From: Pelagomonas calceolata | Lineage: Eukaryota | Direction: 5' to 3' | DNA length: 64,000 nucleotides | NCBI GenBank assembly: GCA_918797485.1 | Contig: CAKKNE010000001.1 | Span: 1,488,001 to 1,552,000 of the forward strand | Shown: positions 22,098 through 32,800 of the stretch, one piece after another | Numbering within the stretch: the stretch's first letter is position 1 | Layout of the letters: each line of letters opens with the position of its first letter | Translations under genes and position numbers: made by a program | The notes under the pieces: generated by a model | Seen by the model: only the letters and a program-made list of their open reading frames with translations | Databases searched by the model: none | Told to the model about the DNA's origin: nothing

Positions 22098-25000
22098 ATG
22101 CACCAGCGCATGGCCAGCAACGCGTCCAAGGGCCGCCGCCTGAGCGTGGCGGCCATCACGGGCGGCCGGACCGCCGACGGCCAAGAAACCTTAGAGAGTC
22201 GCATCCGACGGGAGCGCGTCGAGAAGCGCCAGCAGGCGCTGCCCAAACGGGTCGCGAAGCGAAGGCAGACGCAATTAACCTTAGTGAAGCCGAAGCGGGA
22301 CGGGAGGGTCGCTACTGGTAATGCCGAAGCCGTCGTGAAAGATGAGATCGTGGTGCGTATTGATGCTATACGTGTCCGTTCTCACGCGGCCAAGAGGTTA
22401 TTCCTGCGCGAGGACGACCAGGCCTATTCGCAGTGCATCGCGCCGCGCTTTTATACCATTCCTGTTTGTGATTCACCTCGGAAGAAACTGGATTTGCACG
22501 GTCAACCTTTGAAGCGGTTGCAAGATGAATACCGAGGGCTGCGGAAAATTGACCGAGGGGTCAGAAGGAGAAGAAATGAGCTCTTCGACCAATTAGATCA
22601 ATGTGCGGATTTGCTGAGGGTGCTGAAGAAGGAGTTGTTGCTGTTACTAGATAAAAGGGCGTCGCTCGCGCAGAAACGTCTGGAGCTCGTCGACGAGCTC
22701 GGAGGTTGGAAAGGTAGAGATGCCCAAGGCAATGCCGCGCTGCCTTCCTCCCTTGTGGAAAGGAAGGTCTCTGGACGGGTGGCGATGCGCGAGCTGCTCC
22801 AGCAGTTGAGTGATCCAGTGAGTTACGCCGGGGTGCTTGCTACTTCCGGCGAACAAGCGCCAGCTCTACTCGAGTCGAGGAATCAGCTGCGGCAACACAT
22901 CCGGGACGCGCGATCTTGGCGCGAGCGTCTTAATGACGACGAGTTCGTCGGCGACTATTCGACGGAAGATTCTTCTGAAAGCAGCGATAGCTCTGATAGT
23001 GAAGGTGGTCAGAACGTTGCTGGAGAAGGTAGACCATCAGACGACGACAGACAGGCCGCTCGTGATTTGTTAGTCTTCTGGGACGCCCTCAACCGATTGG
23101 AAGCGGCGCACGCCGGCGAGGCGGTCGAGGCCCCCGTCGGTGTAAGACCGACGCTCGTGGACGTTACGGTGGTCCCGGAGAGCCCAGTGGGTCGTCGACC
23201 GGCCGTGCGCTTCGCGGCGGAGTCGATCCACAGCCAGCCGGCGAGACGGTACACGATCACCACAGATCAAGTGAGACCAACCTCAAAAACTGGCAGTAGG
23301 GCTGAAAGGCGGCGTCGAAGGGACGAGCCCGAGATGTTTTCAAGTGAGGTCGTTCAAGAGAAGAAGTCCTCGTGGTTCGGGAGTAGAGCGCCGGCCCCGG
23401 CGCCCTCTGTCGTACCTCTACCCCCCAAGCCCGGCCGACCGTCGGCGCGATCTTCCGTCCGCATCAGCACAATAGCCTACAAGGACCAGGGCGTGCCGGC
23501 GAAAGTCGCCTTAGAAGTAGCCGAGTCCCTACCCGATCTATATAGAGGCAAGGACGAGCTCGTAGCGCTATGCCAGTCGCTCTCGAAGAAGTGGGGCAAG
23601 AGTCGCTCGACGGTGCCTCTGTCGGCCTTCGCTCCAGCCAAGGCGACGTTGTGGTCCTCGTTGCAGCGCTTCGTGCCGTGGCTCGAACGCTGTCCTTTCG
23701 CTGATGATTTTTTGTGGGAATTGAGACACGAACGCACGTTAAAATTCGAATCCAGAAGATCGAAGGCCTTACTCACGGCGAGGAAGAAGGAGCGCGGCGC
23801 GGAGCTCGAAGAGGAGGAAGTTCAGGAAGAAAATAAAGTTCTCAAGAGACGGGAGCGACGCGCGAGGACGATCCTGGCCCGAGAGAGAAGAGGAGCCACG
23901 CTCGTGAAGGATGCGACGGACGGGATGCTGCGGGAGCACTTACATGATGAAGAGTTCATGAATAGCGCAGCGGTGCACGGGAACGACACGCGGGTCAGGC
24001 TCGAGGTCCTCGAGCCGGCGTTGCGGGCCCAATTGAAGGAAGCCGCGGTTCTAAGGACGGCGTTGCGGGCCGAGGTGGCGTGTTTGACGCAGTTCGTGTT
24101 GAGTAGAGCGGCCGTGCACGCTCAAAAAATGTGGCGAGGTAAATTAGCAAGAGGTGATCGCAGCAAGGACGGTGCCAAGGACAAGTTGCGGAACTTCACG
24201 CTCCATCAGGCCTACATGGGTGCGTACAGTGCTTGTGTGCAACTGCAGGGCTGGGGCCGGATCCGAGTAGCGAAGAAAGTAGCACGAAACGTCTTGTGGT
24301 GGCGGCGCTACGATTGTGCGGTCCGGATTCAATCCCAAGCTCGTCGACTGTTTGCTGTACAAATAGCGTTAAATATAATCGCGGATCTCGAGAGACGAGC
24401 GTTGGCGCGAGCGGTGTTACTAGCGCAAACTAGAATACGGGGCTGGCGCACGCGAGCGAGGCACGGGGCGCGCACGAGGTACCTCAAGAAGATGGCTGAG
24501 GATGGAAAACGAGCCTGGGCCGCCACTTGTATCAATGCTCATAGTAGAGCACATTTAGCCAAGAGACTTAAGTCGAGAAGGAACGTCGAGAGCGAGGTGA
24601 ATCAACGATTACTCAGACTAGCCCACCGCTACCTCAAGGACGGCAATCTGTGGGCCTTTGTGGAAGCGGTAGATGCCGACTACCGGCGCTACGAGCGCGA
24701 CGCGGACGAAGCCAGAAGACGAGAAGACGTCGACGCGGCGACCTTCGTCGAGAAAGTCCTGCAACAGCGGGACCAGGACCACGTCAAGGCCTGGCGCAGT
24801 TTCATGGAGGCTACTAAGAGCAAGTATGTTGATGAATCACATAGGGATGATGGTGGTACTTCACTCATACCAGGACCTAGGTTACGGTTGCTGTTGGATG
24901 GCCTGGGCTCGGAAGTCACGCCGGAGCAGGAGGCGGCCGCTCGCGCCGCCGTGTCGCCCGTCGAGGCCGGCCAGAGGCACCGGAAGGAGATTGCCGACAC

Positions 25001-27488
25001 GTACGGCCTGCCGGGCGCGCTGGCGTCACCAGTGACGGGTACGCCGGCGAAGGCGTCGCCGGCACCGCAGGCGTCGCCTACTAAGCGGTCGCCTGGGCCG
25101 CCCCAGCGCTCTCCATCGAGGTCACCGACACGAGGGTCACCAATCCGCTCCCCCGGCGGCTCGCGGCGCTTCCCGACGGGCAACCCGTACGAGGGCCGCT
25201 TCGCGGAGCCGACGGGCGCTTCACCGATCAAAACTATGACAGGAAGCAAACCACACGCCTCCTGGGCGCCGGCCTATCGGTCGAGGAGCATCATGGGGTT
25301 GGTGAATGCTGCTGCTCGCGCAGCGGCTGGTGAGGACGGAGACCGCCGCAAGAGATTACACAGGGACCACTCGACGCCGGCGGGCTTGGAGGCCTTGCTC
25401 GATGTGCCTCGTGGTTTGGACGACGCGCTGGAACCGTTACTACGAGCGGCAGCTTTACGGGCCCACGTGCCCGAGGAGTTTCCCGAGGGCACTACTCCAC
25501 AAGAGGCCTTTGAAGTGTACAGGTCCTTGCCTCCCTCCCTCATCAAGTCGAAGCACGAGATGGACGCCCACAAACGCGTGCCGCGGTGGATCGCTGCGCT
25601 GAGAGCTTCTGGTTTCGACACGGTACGATCTCTATGCCCACCTAGACGGTGCCGCGAAACGATCCTGAACCTGGAGCCCTGGGTGAAGCGCAACGAAGAA
25701 CCGGGTAGAAGTCCAGACAGAGACGTCGTATCGAAGCAGGAGCTCGCCACGGTGCTACCTGCCAAACACCTGGCGGACGCCTGTTGTCAATTACTTATAG
25801 ACTTGCATCAGGTCGCTACGACATCACTAGCTAGTCAAGGCATCGCCCAGAACGCCACGGCGGAGAAGTGGCAAGCGATCGAGAAGGGTAACTTTGAACC
25901 CACTGAGGATAGTGACTTCGAGGAGGCCCCGTCTGAACAGCTGGATGCCGATGATAGGGCAGAATTAGAAGCGGCCATGGAGGGGCGAGAAGCGACGGCT
26001 CTTGACAGAGCATTGCGCAAAGAGAAGGAATTAGTCGAGGTGAAGGTGCGGCCGCCGCTACACCCTGATGATGTGGCACCGAATCCCTCACCTCGAGGAC
26101 GGGAAGTCCAGAAGCAGATGCATCGCGCTACTGGTGCGATTGACTTGGAGACTAGTTTGGAAGATGGAGCCATGAATGATCTGAGGAGGGCCGGGGGTGT
26201 TGAGGCTCCCGCGAAGCTACTGTTGCGACGAGCTGCTTTTCTCTCGGGCGGTTCACCATTAGATGTGTTTGCGGATCAACTGTTCGGTGCCGAAACACCC
26301 GACGAGGAACGTCAATTAGTGTCAGAAAGGCATAGGAAAGCAGCGGAGCTGACGGGCGTCCTGGGGACTGAACTGGAGCGAGCGGGCATTAACGTCGCGC
26401 GGGACTTGGCTTCCGCCGACTTAGCGGCCTTCGGGGCGTCGCCTGATTTGGTGCGACGGGTCGAGGTGCTGTTACGGTTCCTGGCTCCTGGTTCGGCCGT
26501 GGGCCGCCCGAAAGGGTTACCGCCGGCCTCGGCCAATTCCGAGTATCGGAACGGCCCGCCACCGTCCCGGGGCACGGGCCCGCACAAGGTTCCAGATGTG
26601 CGCGTGCGACCGGTGGCCTTGCCCTACGACCCGCGGTTCCAGCGCGGACCTTTTGATGCCGCCGGTGCTGGCAGGTTGTTAAAGGGCTGGTCGGAAGGCA
26701 GAAAGACGCCCATTCCCCATCATCGAGAGCCGGCGGCCGAAGCATTTCGAGTGAAGGCGCAGGGCGGCGACGCTCAAGATTACGAGGTGGCACCGAGTGC
26801 CGAGTGGATCTTTTCTCAGACGACGCCGGCGCCCGCTCCAGTTGCTGAGAAGCGACGGCCTCGCATCTCCGATGCCAGGCACGAGCTCGTGCCGTTACAT
26901 TTACAACCCCAGGAGTTTGTGGGCGGCCATAATCGAAGCGGAAAATTGCACAAGCGTGTTCTAGATCGAGCCACGAACTACTTCGCGGGCTATCAGCAGT
27001 ATACGCAAACGAGGCAATTGTTTCGGGACGAGCCCCGCGCCGTGTACGAGGCGAGAACAGGAGACATCCAGGAGCCGCCCGGCACCCTAGAAACGTTATC
27101 TGTTGAGTTGTTGCGGAACTCCGCGTTCAGGAACGAGGCGCCCGCTCCCATGCCGTCCGTGTCGACCGTGAAGACGGCGTCTTCGGTAATCAGGACGCCT
27201 TATGGGGTCGTCAAGGCGGCCGAAAAACGGAAACCTCGGAGAAGGCCAGCGCCGCGGCGGCGGAGGCCTAGGCCTATTGATCCTGAGAAACAGTTGAGAA
27301 CCTTGATCGACAAAGTGGATGCAGCGACTTTGGATCGTATTTTGGCCGAGAAGCGTCCTCCGGCGCCGGCTCCCGCGGAAGAGGCAGAGGTGGAAGAAAC
27401 GCCCGAGTTGCTCGCGCGGCGCGAGGCGCTCTGGAATCAGATTCGGAGCGATTCAGAGGCGCGGGCGCGGGGGGAACCCGTAAGATGA
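22098..27488 (+). CDS. Large IQ-motif (calmodulin-binding) coiled-coil protein, about 1790 aa
   Basis: Uninterrupted 5.4-kb ORF; AQKMWRGKLAR, LQGWGRIRVAK, IQSQARRLFA, AQTRIRGWRTR motifs. Confidence 0.8.
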   Translation: MHQRMASNASKGRRLSVAAITGGRTADGQETLESRIRRERVEKRQQALPKRVAKRRQTQLTLVKPKRDGRVATGNAEAVVKDEIVVRIDAIRVRSHAAKRLFLREDDQAYSQCIAPRFYTIPVCDSPRKKLDLHGQPLKRLQDEYRGLRKIDRGVRRRRNELFDQLDQCADLLRVLKKELLLLLDKRASLAQKRLELVDELGGWKGRDAQGNAALPSSLVERKVSGRVAMRELLQQLSDPVSYAGVLATSGEQAPALLESRNQLRQHIRDARSWRERLNDDEFVGDYSTEDSSESSDSSDSEGGQNVAGEGRPSDDDRQAARDLLVFWDALNRLEAAHAGEAVEAPVGVRPTLVDVTVVPESPVGRRPAVRFAAESIHSQPARRYTITTDQVRPTSKTGSRAERRRRRDEPEMFSSEVVQEKKSSWFGSRAPAPAPSVVPLPPKPGRPSARSSVRISTIAYKDQGVPAKVALEVAESLPDLYRGKDELVALCQSLSKKWGKSRSTVPLSAFAPAKATLWSSLQRFVPWLERCPFADDFLWELRHERTLKFESRRSKALLTARKKERGAELEEEEVQEENKVLKRRERRARTILARERRGATLVKDATDGMLREHLHDEEFMNSAAVHGNDTRVRLEVLEPALRAQLKEAAVLRTALRAEVACLTQFVLSRAAVHAQKMWRGKLARGDRSKDGAKDKLRNFTLHQAYMGAYSACVQLQGWGRIRVAKKVARNVLWWRRYDCAVRIQSQARRLFAVQIALNIIADLERRALARAVLLAQTRIRGWRTRARHGARTRYLKKMAEDGKRAWAATCINAHSRAHLAKRLKSRRNVESEVNQRLLRLAHRYLKDGNLWAFVEAVDADYRRYERDADEARRREDVDAATFVEKVLQQRDQDHVKAWRSFMEATKSKYVDESHRDDGGTSLIPGPRLRLLLDGLGSEVTPEQEAAARAAVSPVEAGQRHRKEIADTYGLPGALASPVTGTPAKASPAPQASPTKRSPGPPQRSPSRSPTRGSPIRSPGGSRRFPTGNPYEGRFAEPTGASPIKTMTGSKPHASWAPAYRSRSIMGLVNAAARAAAGEDGDRRKRLHRDHSTPAGLEALLDVPRGLDDALEPLLRAAALRAHVPEEFPEGTTPQEAFEVYRSLPPSLIKSKHEMDAHKRVPRWIAALRASGFDTVRSLCPPRRCRETILNLEPWVKRNEEPGRSPDRDVVSKQELATVLPAKHLADACCQLLIDLHQVATTSLASQGIAQNATAEKWQAIEKGNFEPTEDSDFEEAPSEQLDADDRAELEAAMEGREATALDRALRKEKELVEVKVRPPLHPDDVAPNPSPRGREVQKQMHRATGAIDLETSLEDGAMNDLRRAGGVEAPAKLLLRRAAFLSGGSPLDVFADQLFGAETPDEERQLVSERHRKAAELTGVLGTELERAGINVARDLASADLAAFGASPDLVRRVEVLLRFLAPGSAVGRPKGLPPASANSEYRNGPPPSRGTGPHKVPDVRVRPVALPYDPRFQRGPFDAAGAGRLLKGWSEGRKTPIPHHREPAAEAFRVKAQGGDAQDYEVAPSAEWIFSQTTPAPAPVAEKRRPRISDARHELVPLHLQPQEFVGGHNRSGKLHKRVLDRATNYFAGYQQYTQTRQLFRDEPRAVYEARTGDIQEPPGTLETLSVELLRNSAFRNEAPAPMPSVSTVKTASSVIRTPYGVVKAAEKRKPRRRPAPRRRRPRPIDPEKQLRTLIDKVDAATLDRILAEKRPPAPAPAEEAEVEETPELLARREALWNQIRSDSEARARGEPVR

Positions 27489-27658
27489 AGTCTGTGTTTT
27501 ATGAACTCTTGTGTTGGCGCGTTATTACCCGTAGGCGAAGGACGGGTCTGGCTGAGCGATAAAAACCCGCACTCACTTTTTCCTGAGATTAATCGGTCCA
27601 GTCGATCTTTACGCTGCTCAGCGAACCCTTTGACGTATCGCGCGCACCAACGAAAAGC

Positions 27659-27949
27659 ATGTCGTCCTACCAAACTTTCGAGCAAGCTGAGACCAAGACC
27701 TTTCGTCCCAAAAAACACTCGGTGATGATTGCGGACGGCCAGGTGGGCCACGGGCGGCGCCTGAATTCCTGCTTCTGCCGCAAGGCCTTCAAGGAGATCG
27801 GGCGCGACTGGGGGCGGCACACGAATGCTACGGACGACGACGACGATGCGGCCGTTGAGGCGCCGGCCGTTGAGGCGCCTACGAGTACTTCTAGTACGAA
27901 GAAGAAGGCGCTCCCGGCCTTCGCCCTAGACTTCGGGAACGGGGCCTAG
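27659..27949 (+). CDS. Small hypothetical protein
   Basis: ATG-initiated 96-aa ORF with high-GC3 codons. Confidence 0.45.
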   Translation: MSSYQTFEQAETKTFRPKKHSVMIADGQVGHGRRLNSCFCRKAFKEIGRDWGRHTNATDDDDDAAVEAPAVEAPTSTSSTKKKALPAFALDFGNGA

Positions 27950-27981
27950 AGCGACCGGATAGGTCGGGTGTATTAAGACTA

Positions 27982-29196
27982 CTAGCCGGCCTCGCGGTCG
28001 AGGAATGCGTTCGTCACCGCGACGAAGCCGGGCCATGTCTGGAAGTCTTCGGGGTTCGGGAACGCGCCCCATCTTGCGCGTAGCGCGGCGTTCTCCGGCT
28101 CGTTGTACCAGGCGGCGATCTGGTTGTACGTCTCCTCGGCTTTCGGCGCGGCAGGCTCGGCAGGCGTCGGCGGAGGCGGCTGCTCGGCCGAAGGTGCCTC
28201 CTCGGCTTCCGCGACGGTGAGGGCGGTGGGCTCTTCTTCCTGCTCCCCGAACAGGAACGAGGACAGCTTCCTCGTGTAGCCCGGGCGCTCGGCGGTCTCC
28301 GCGGCCTTGGCTTTGGCGGCGGCGCGCGTCTCCAGAGACTCCTCATCAGGTGGCGGTAGTTCGGTCGGCTCTGGATTGGCGCTACTCGGCTCGTCGGCCT
28401 TATCCCGACGGCAGCAGAAGTAACACGCGCCGACGGCAAACAGTAGCCCTAAAAGGGCACCGTCGCCTTTGAACAGAATGGGACCGCCGCGGGAGCTCGA
28501 ATTTTTGCGGGGCGTGACTGTCGGCGGGGGCGTCGGCGCGGTCGGCGCGGACGTCGTCGGTGCGGGCGTCGTCGGTGCGGGCGTCGGTACGGGCGTCGGC
28601 GCTGACGTCGGCGCGCAGCCGCCTGCCACTTGCTTGACGCCGCACGACGTCGACGCGCACGGGGTGTGGTGGAATGCGCTTGTAAGGTCCACGTCGTCGT
28701 CCACGCACCAGCCGAGGTCCTGGGCGAAGGACGAGGCAAAAGCGAACATCGCAGGCATCGTCGTGACGCCGGAGGTGTCCCATGCGCCGATGTCCTGGTT
28801 AAAGGCCGAGGCGTAGTAGAACATCACATCCATATCCGTGACACTGTGGACCGCCCAACCACCGAGGTCCTGGTTGAAGGCCGAGGCTTTGTAGAACATC
28901 CCGCGCATGTTCGTGACGCCGGAGGTGTCCCACGCGCCAATGTCCTCGTTAAAGGACGCCGCGGCCGAGTTGCAGTAACCAGAGTAGTCGGCTGAGGTCC
29001 CGCAAAACAAATACATCATGCCCGTCACCCCGCCAGTCTCCCAAGTAGAAATATGGCCGTACGCCGCCTCGGCAGCAGCGCTGTCTGAGACCCACGCAGC
29101 GACTGCCGTTCTGATGCTACTGTCGTCCATGACGTAGCTGCCAGCCGCGGCTTCTAACAAGCTCACCACGCACAGAAGCGCTGCGGCCCCCATCAT
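27982..29196 (-). CDS. DUF285/BspA-like repeat type-I membrane protein; paralog of 5491-7155
   Basis: Near-identical signal peptide and repeats, PTPAPT stalk, TM plus CYFCC, distinct cytosolic tail. Confidence 0.88.
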   Translation of the reverse strand: MMGAAALLCVVSLLEAAAGSYVMDDSSIRTAVAAWVSDSAAAEAAYGHISTWETGGVTGMMYLFCGTSADYSGYCNSAAASFNEDIGAWDTSGVTNMRGMFYKASAFNQDLGGWAVHSVTDMDVMFYYASAFNQDIGAWDTSGVTTMPAMFAFASSFAQDLGWCVDDDVDLTSAFHHTPCASTSCGVKQVAGGCAPTSAPTPVPTPAPTTPAPTTSAPTAPTPPPTVTPRKNSSSRGGPILFKGDGALLGLLFAVGACYFCCRRDKADEPSSANPEPTELPPPDEESLETRAAAKAKAAETAERPGYTRKLSSFLFGEQEEEPTALTVAEAEEAPSAEQPPPPTPAEPAAPKAEETYNQIAAWYNEPENAALRARWGAFPNPEDFQTWPGFVAVTNAFLDREAG

Positions 29197-29367
29197 CGTT
29201 GCGTGCTGCTCGCGCTGGGCAGCGAGTCGTGCTGCCCTGGCGCCGCCTCTCCTAGTGTCTTACAGGACGCTAGCCGTAGTCGGACCCCTCCGGCAGTGGG
29301 CTTGGATGCCACGAGCTCCGAGGACCCATGGCGGCACGCCCCCACCCCGCACGAAAAGCATACTAGC
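29197..29367 (-). promoter_or_regulatory. Upstream block shared with the DUF285 paralog (7156-7350)
   Basis: Collinear blocks AGTCGGACC.CTCCGG, TGGATGCCAC.AGCTCC, CCCGCACGAAAA.C.TACTAGC; includes CTAGTGTCTTACA. Confidence 0.8.
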
Positions 29368-29500
29368 CTTTAAACATGGCAGGCACCGGCTGGCCTGAAA
29401 TTGGCGCCCCGGCGCGCGACGGCGCTACGAACCACGCCGCCCGAGGCAGCCCATAAAGCACGAGCGACGCGCCCGCGCCCCATCGGCAGCCGTAAGAACG

Positions 29501-32500
29501 ATGCCGCGGCTGCTCACCCTCGGCGCCCTGGCCGCCGCGGCGGCCGCCGACGACGCGCCCGTCTTCGCGAGCCCCGTCGCCGGTCTCTGCCAAACGAACG
29601 AGTACTACTCGTCGCTAACCTTGAGCTGCCAGCTCTGCGCGCCGACGACGCCGGACCTCGCCGTCGGCATCGACTTCGATGGGCTCGGCAACGCGCGCGC
29701 GTGCCAGTGCGCGGCCGGCACGATATCAAGCTACGCGCCGTGTGCGGGTCGCGGCGGCTACGACGAGGTGACTGGTGATTGTGCTGGTCTCGTGTGCACG
29801 GCGTGCCCCGCGGCATCGACCAGAGACCGCTCCGCGTGCGCGGCCTGCAACGCGACGCAGGGGTACTCGACAGACACAAATGAGTGCACCTGCCAAGCGA
29901 ACGAGATCCTCGTCGAGATGGAAGGTACAAATGGTACGTTTGCCAAAACGTGCGTCGCGTGCGCCCCCGGCACGTTCGCAGTCTGGATCGATGAGACGAA
30001 GGGCGGCGCCTTCTTTGAGGGAGACCCGTATGCGTGTCGACGGTGTCCCGACGCGAAAATGAACGCGGACTGCACGGCGTGTGCCGAGGGCTACACGCTC
30101 GTGGGCGACGCGGCGATGGGGCCCCAGTCCTGCGTGAAGACTGCGCATGTGACCGAGGCCGAGGAGGCCTTCGGCACTATAACTGAAGCGACGTCCGTCA
30201 AGGTGCTCAACTTGCAGACCGGCGACCCGCACCCTAGGGAGAAATCAAAGGACTCCTCGGATGGTATTGTGGACCTGAGCGACGTCGGCGTCATGCGGCA
30301 CTTGTACTTGAATGCATCGGTGAGGTGTTTATATCATGACGGCACGAGTGATGCAGACAAGGCCTGTCAAAGTCTAGCCAATCTGTGTGTCGTGGCCTCC
30401 TACAGATTGGAACATCCAGCATGCAAGGCCTTCTGGGACGACGAGACGGGCCTTAGAGAATTACGAGACCCGCTCCATGAGCTGGGCTCGCGGGTCCACG
30501 TGCCCTGGCTCTTCTACGAGGGGTCCGGCGAGGACGTGCGCGGAGATCGGGGTTTGAAAGAAGGTTTTGCTTTTTCCGCTTCTACCCGAAATAGAATGCA
30601 CAGATTGGAGCTGCGAGCGGCGACGTATACCTTGAACGGCACCTTTCTTGGTACTAGACCATTCTCCTCCGACCTATTTTACTGCGAGACGAGAGCACCT
30701 CGCACGGTATTTGGTGGTGGTCCGAATTCGGACACGCAGTGGACGCGGTTCGGGCGAAGCACGTGGACGCACTTCCACTGTGATTTGAGGACTTTATTAG
30801 GGAGAGAACAATTATTTTACGATCTTTATCTGGTCGATCCCGACGCGGGCTGTGGGAATGAGGATTGTTTGTACCCCATTCCCATCTTGCACAAGGACCT
30901 CATTAATGGAAACCACTACCCAAACAAGAACGGCAAGACGGCGCAAGGTAGAGATGACATCTTCGTGAGGCGATTCAGCTTCTTCAACACGTTTTTAGGA
31001 GAAGGGACAGAGCCCACAAATCATATCCAGTACCTGGACGACATCATTTTACATGTCGAGTCGTCGGACAAAAAACTCGCACACATAAACACGCCCATTC
31101 TCGAGTTGAGGTACAGAACACGTAGAGTAGACGCCATAACACCACACCATAGCAAACTACGGGAGGCCCATATTGATGTAAAAATAGAGTACAGCGCCCC
31201 GAACACCGAATTGTTCGACAACGAGATGGCCCTGTCGATCACGTTCTTCGTCATCAGCGTCCTGTTAATGGTCTACGCTTATAGAGTGTGGAGCGGCAAC
31301 GCGTACTACGAGATCCAGGGCGTGCCGCAGGATGAGAATGTCTGTCTATATTACCTGAAGGTCTGGTTACTCTACGCACGCTTATGCGTCCATTTATTTT
31401 TCCCCCTCGTGTTCGCGGTCACGTCGTATATCCTGATCTTTTTTAAACTGCAAGAAGACATATTCATGCTCTTACCGAGGGAAAACAGGGAGGACGGCAT
31501 GGGCTTCAACTACTATCCCGTGAGAACGGTCATCATCACGATGTGGGCTTTTCAGACCGGTGTCGTTGCGAAGTTAGTACTGGATCAATGTAGCGTAGAC
31601 ATCTTCTTCGTGGACTGGGAGCGCGCCCGAGCCTCTAGTACGAGGCATCGCGCACCCGTGTCGGTGTGGCGGACACTTTTTGTCGCGAACGAATGGAACG
31701 AATTGCAAACGGCCCGAAAAACGAATATCAATTTTGTACTTTTATGCATGGCGTTCGTGTTAGTAGGCTACAAGCTGGAGAACGTGGCCTGTAGCTGGCC
31801 GGGGTTCTACCTCGCCGACGGCCACCACAACATCGCTCTCAGATTCGCGAATACGACTTGGTGGTTTTTTATGTTAGCTGGCGGGCAGTATGCGTGGAAC
31901 TACTTCTTCTGGGAGCGTTATATCAGTGAGCCGAAGGCCCAACAATTTTTAGACCTAACAACGGTGGCCAAGGTATCAGTATTCGTACTAGATGCAGAAT
32001 ATCATGGCTGGTACCTCCATGGCGACGCGCCCTTTTCGCACTCAGATGATACGATGAACCAGCTGACGCAGCACTTAATTAATGAGTCCATGTCCGAGTC
32101 GATCGGGCGGGGTCTCGAGATCGACCATCCGGACTTACAAACATTTCAAATGTGGCTCACACCGGCGTTCCGGAACGCGTGGCACTCGGTCAATACGGGC
32201 AAGCCCCTACCTGTCAAAAAAGATGAGCCTGTGTCCGAGGAACCCATTGACGGGGCGCCCCAATCGAAGAAAGGTATCGAGGCGCCTCGCTTCTTGCAAG
32301 CTTTATTTGGTCAGAAAGGGAGTAGCTGGTTAAATCCGGAAGAACAGCCGCAGCAGGTGCGCGTGCAGCGGGCGAAGCGAACGGCTACGACCGAGCAAGT
32401 AGGAGCATTCTTGAGGACGTTCCTCGGCCACGGCTACGCCGAGACCTTTGACCTAGACTGGGATTTGCGGATCCCGTCGATCTGGGAGCGGCTCGTATTT

Positions 32501-32800
32501 CATCCTCCTCCGCTCAATGAGCGCACACAGGGAACGAAGGGCAAGGTCATCTTCCAACCAGATAAACCGTGGTTTGGGGGGGATGATGGGTGGACGTGCG
32601 TCACGTTCCTGGGCCACGACTACGAGCTGCTGATGCACGAGATCCTGACGTTCGCGGTCGCGGACATCTGGTTCCGCAATACCTGGTTGTCGATACTCTG
32701 CACGTTCCTCATGCACCATTTGGTGAGGATTGTGAGGGAGATCCTGGGCGAGTCGAACCTGTCGGAGCGGACGCTGGTGGACCAGCGGTTCCTGATCTAA
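29501..32800 (+). CDS. TMEM67: Meckelin (ciliary transition-zone protein)
   Basis: Signal peptide, Cys-rich domain, CQSLANLCV, DIFFVDWER, VSVWRTLFVANEWNELQT, C-terminal NLSERTLVDQRFLI. Confidence 0.95.
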   Translation: MPRLLTLGALAAAAAADDAPVFASPVAGLCQTNEYYSSLTLSCQLCAPTTPDLAVGIDFDGLGNARACQCAAGTISSYAPCAGRGGYDEVTGDCAGLVCTACPAASTRDRSACAACNATQGYSTDTNECTCQANEILVEMEGTNGTFAKTCVACAPGTFAVWIDETKGGAFFEGDPYACRRCPDAKMNADCTACAEGYTLVGDAAMGPQSCVKTAHVTEAEEAFGTITEATSVKVLNLQTGDPHPREKSKDSSDGIVDLSDVGVMRHLYLNASVRCLYHDGTSDADKACQSLANLCVVASYRLEHPACKAFWDDETGLRELRDPLHELGSRVHVPWLFYEGSGEDVRGDRGLKEGFAFSASTRNRMHRLELRAATYTLNGTFLGTRPFSSDLFYCETRAPRTVFGGGPNSDTQWTRFGRSTWTHFHCDLRTLLGREQLFYDLYLVDPDAGCGNEDCLYPIPILHKDLINGNHYPNKNGKTAQGRDDIFVRRFSFFNTFLGEGTEPTNHIQYLDDIILHVESSDKKLAHINTPILELRYRTRRVDAITPHHSKLREAHIDVKIEYSAPNTELFDNEMALSITFFVISVLLMVYAYRVWSGNAYYEIQGVPQDENVCLYYLKVWLLYARLCVHLFFPLVFAVTSYILIFFKLQEDIFMLLPRENREDGMGFNYYPVRTVIITMWAFQTGVVAKLVLDQCSVDIFFVDWERARASSTRHRAPVSVWRTLFVANEWNELQTARKTNINFVLLCMAFVLVGYKLENVACSWPGFYLADGHHNIALRFANTTWWFFMLAGGQYAWNYFFWERYISEPKAQQFLDLTTVAKVSVFVLDAEYHGWYLHGDAPFSHSDDTMNQLTQHLINESMSESIGRGLEIDHPDLQTFQMWLTPAFRNAWHSVNTGKPLPVKKDEPVSEEPIDGAPQSKKGIEAPRFLQALFGQKGSSWLNPEEQPQQVRVQRAKRTATTEQVGAFLRTFLGHGYAETFDLDWDLRIPSIWERLVFHPPPLNERTQGTKGKVIFQPDKPWFGGDDGWTCVTFLGHDYELLMHEILTFAVADIWFRNTWLSILCTFLMHHLVRIVREILGESNLSERTLVDQRFLI

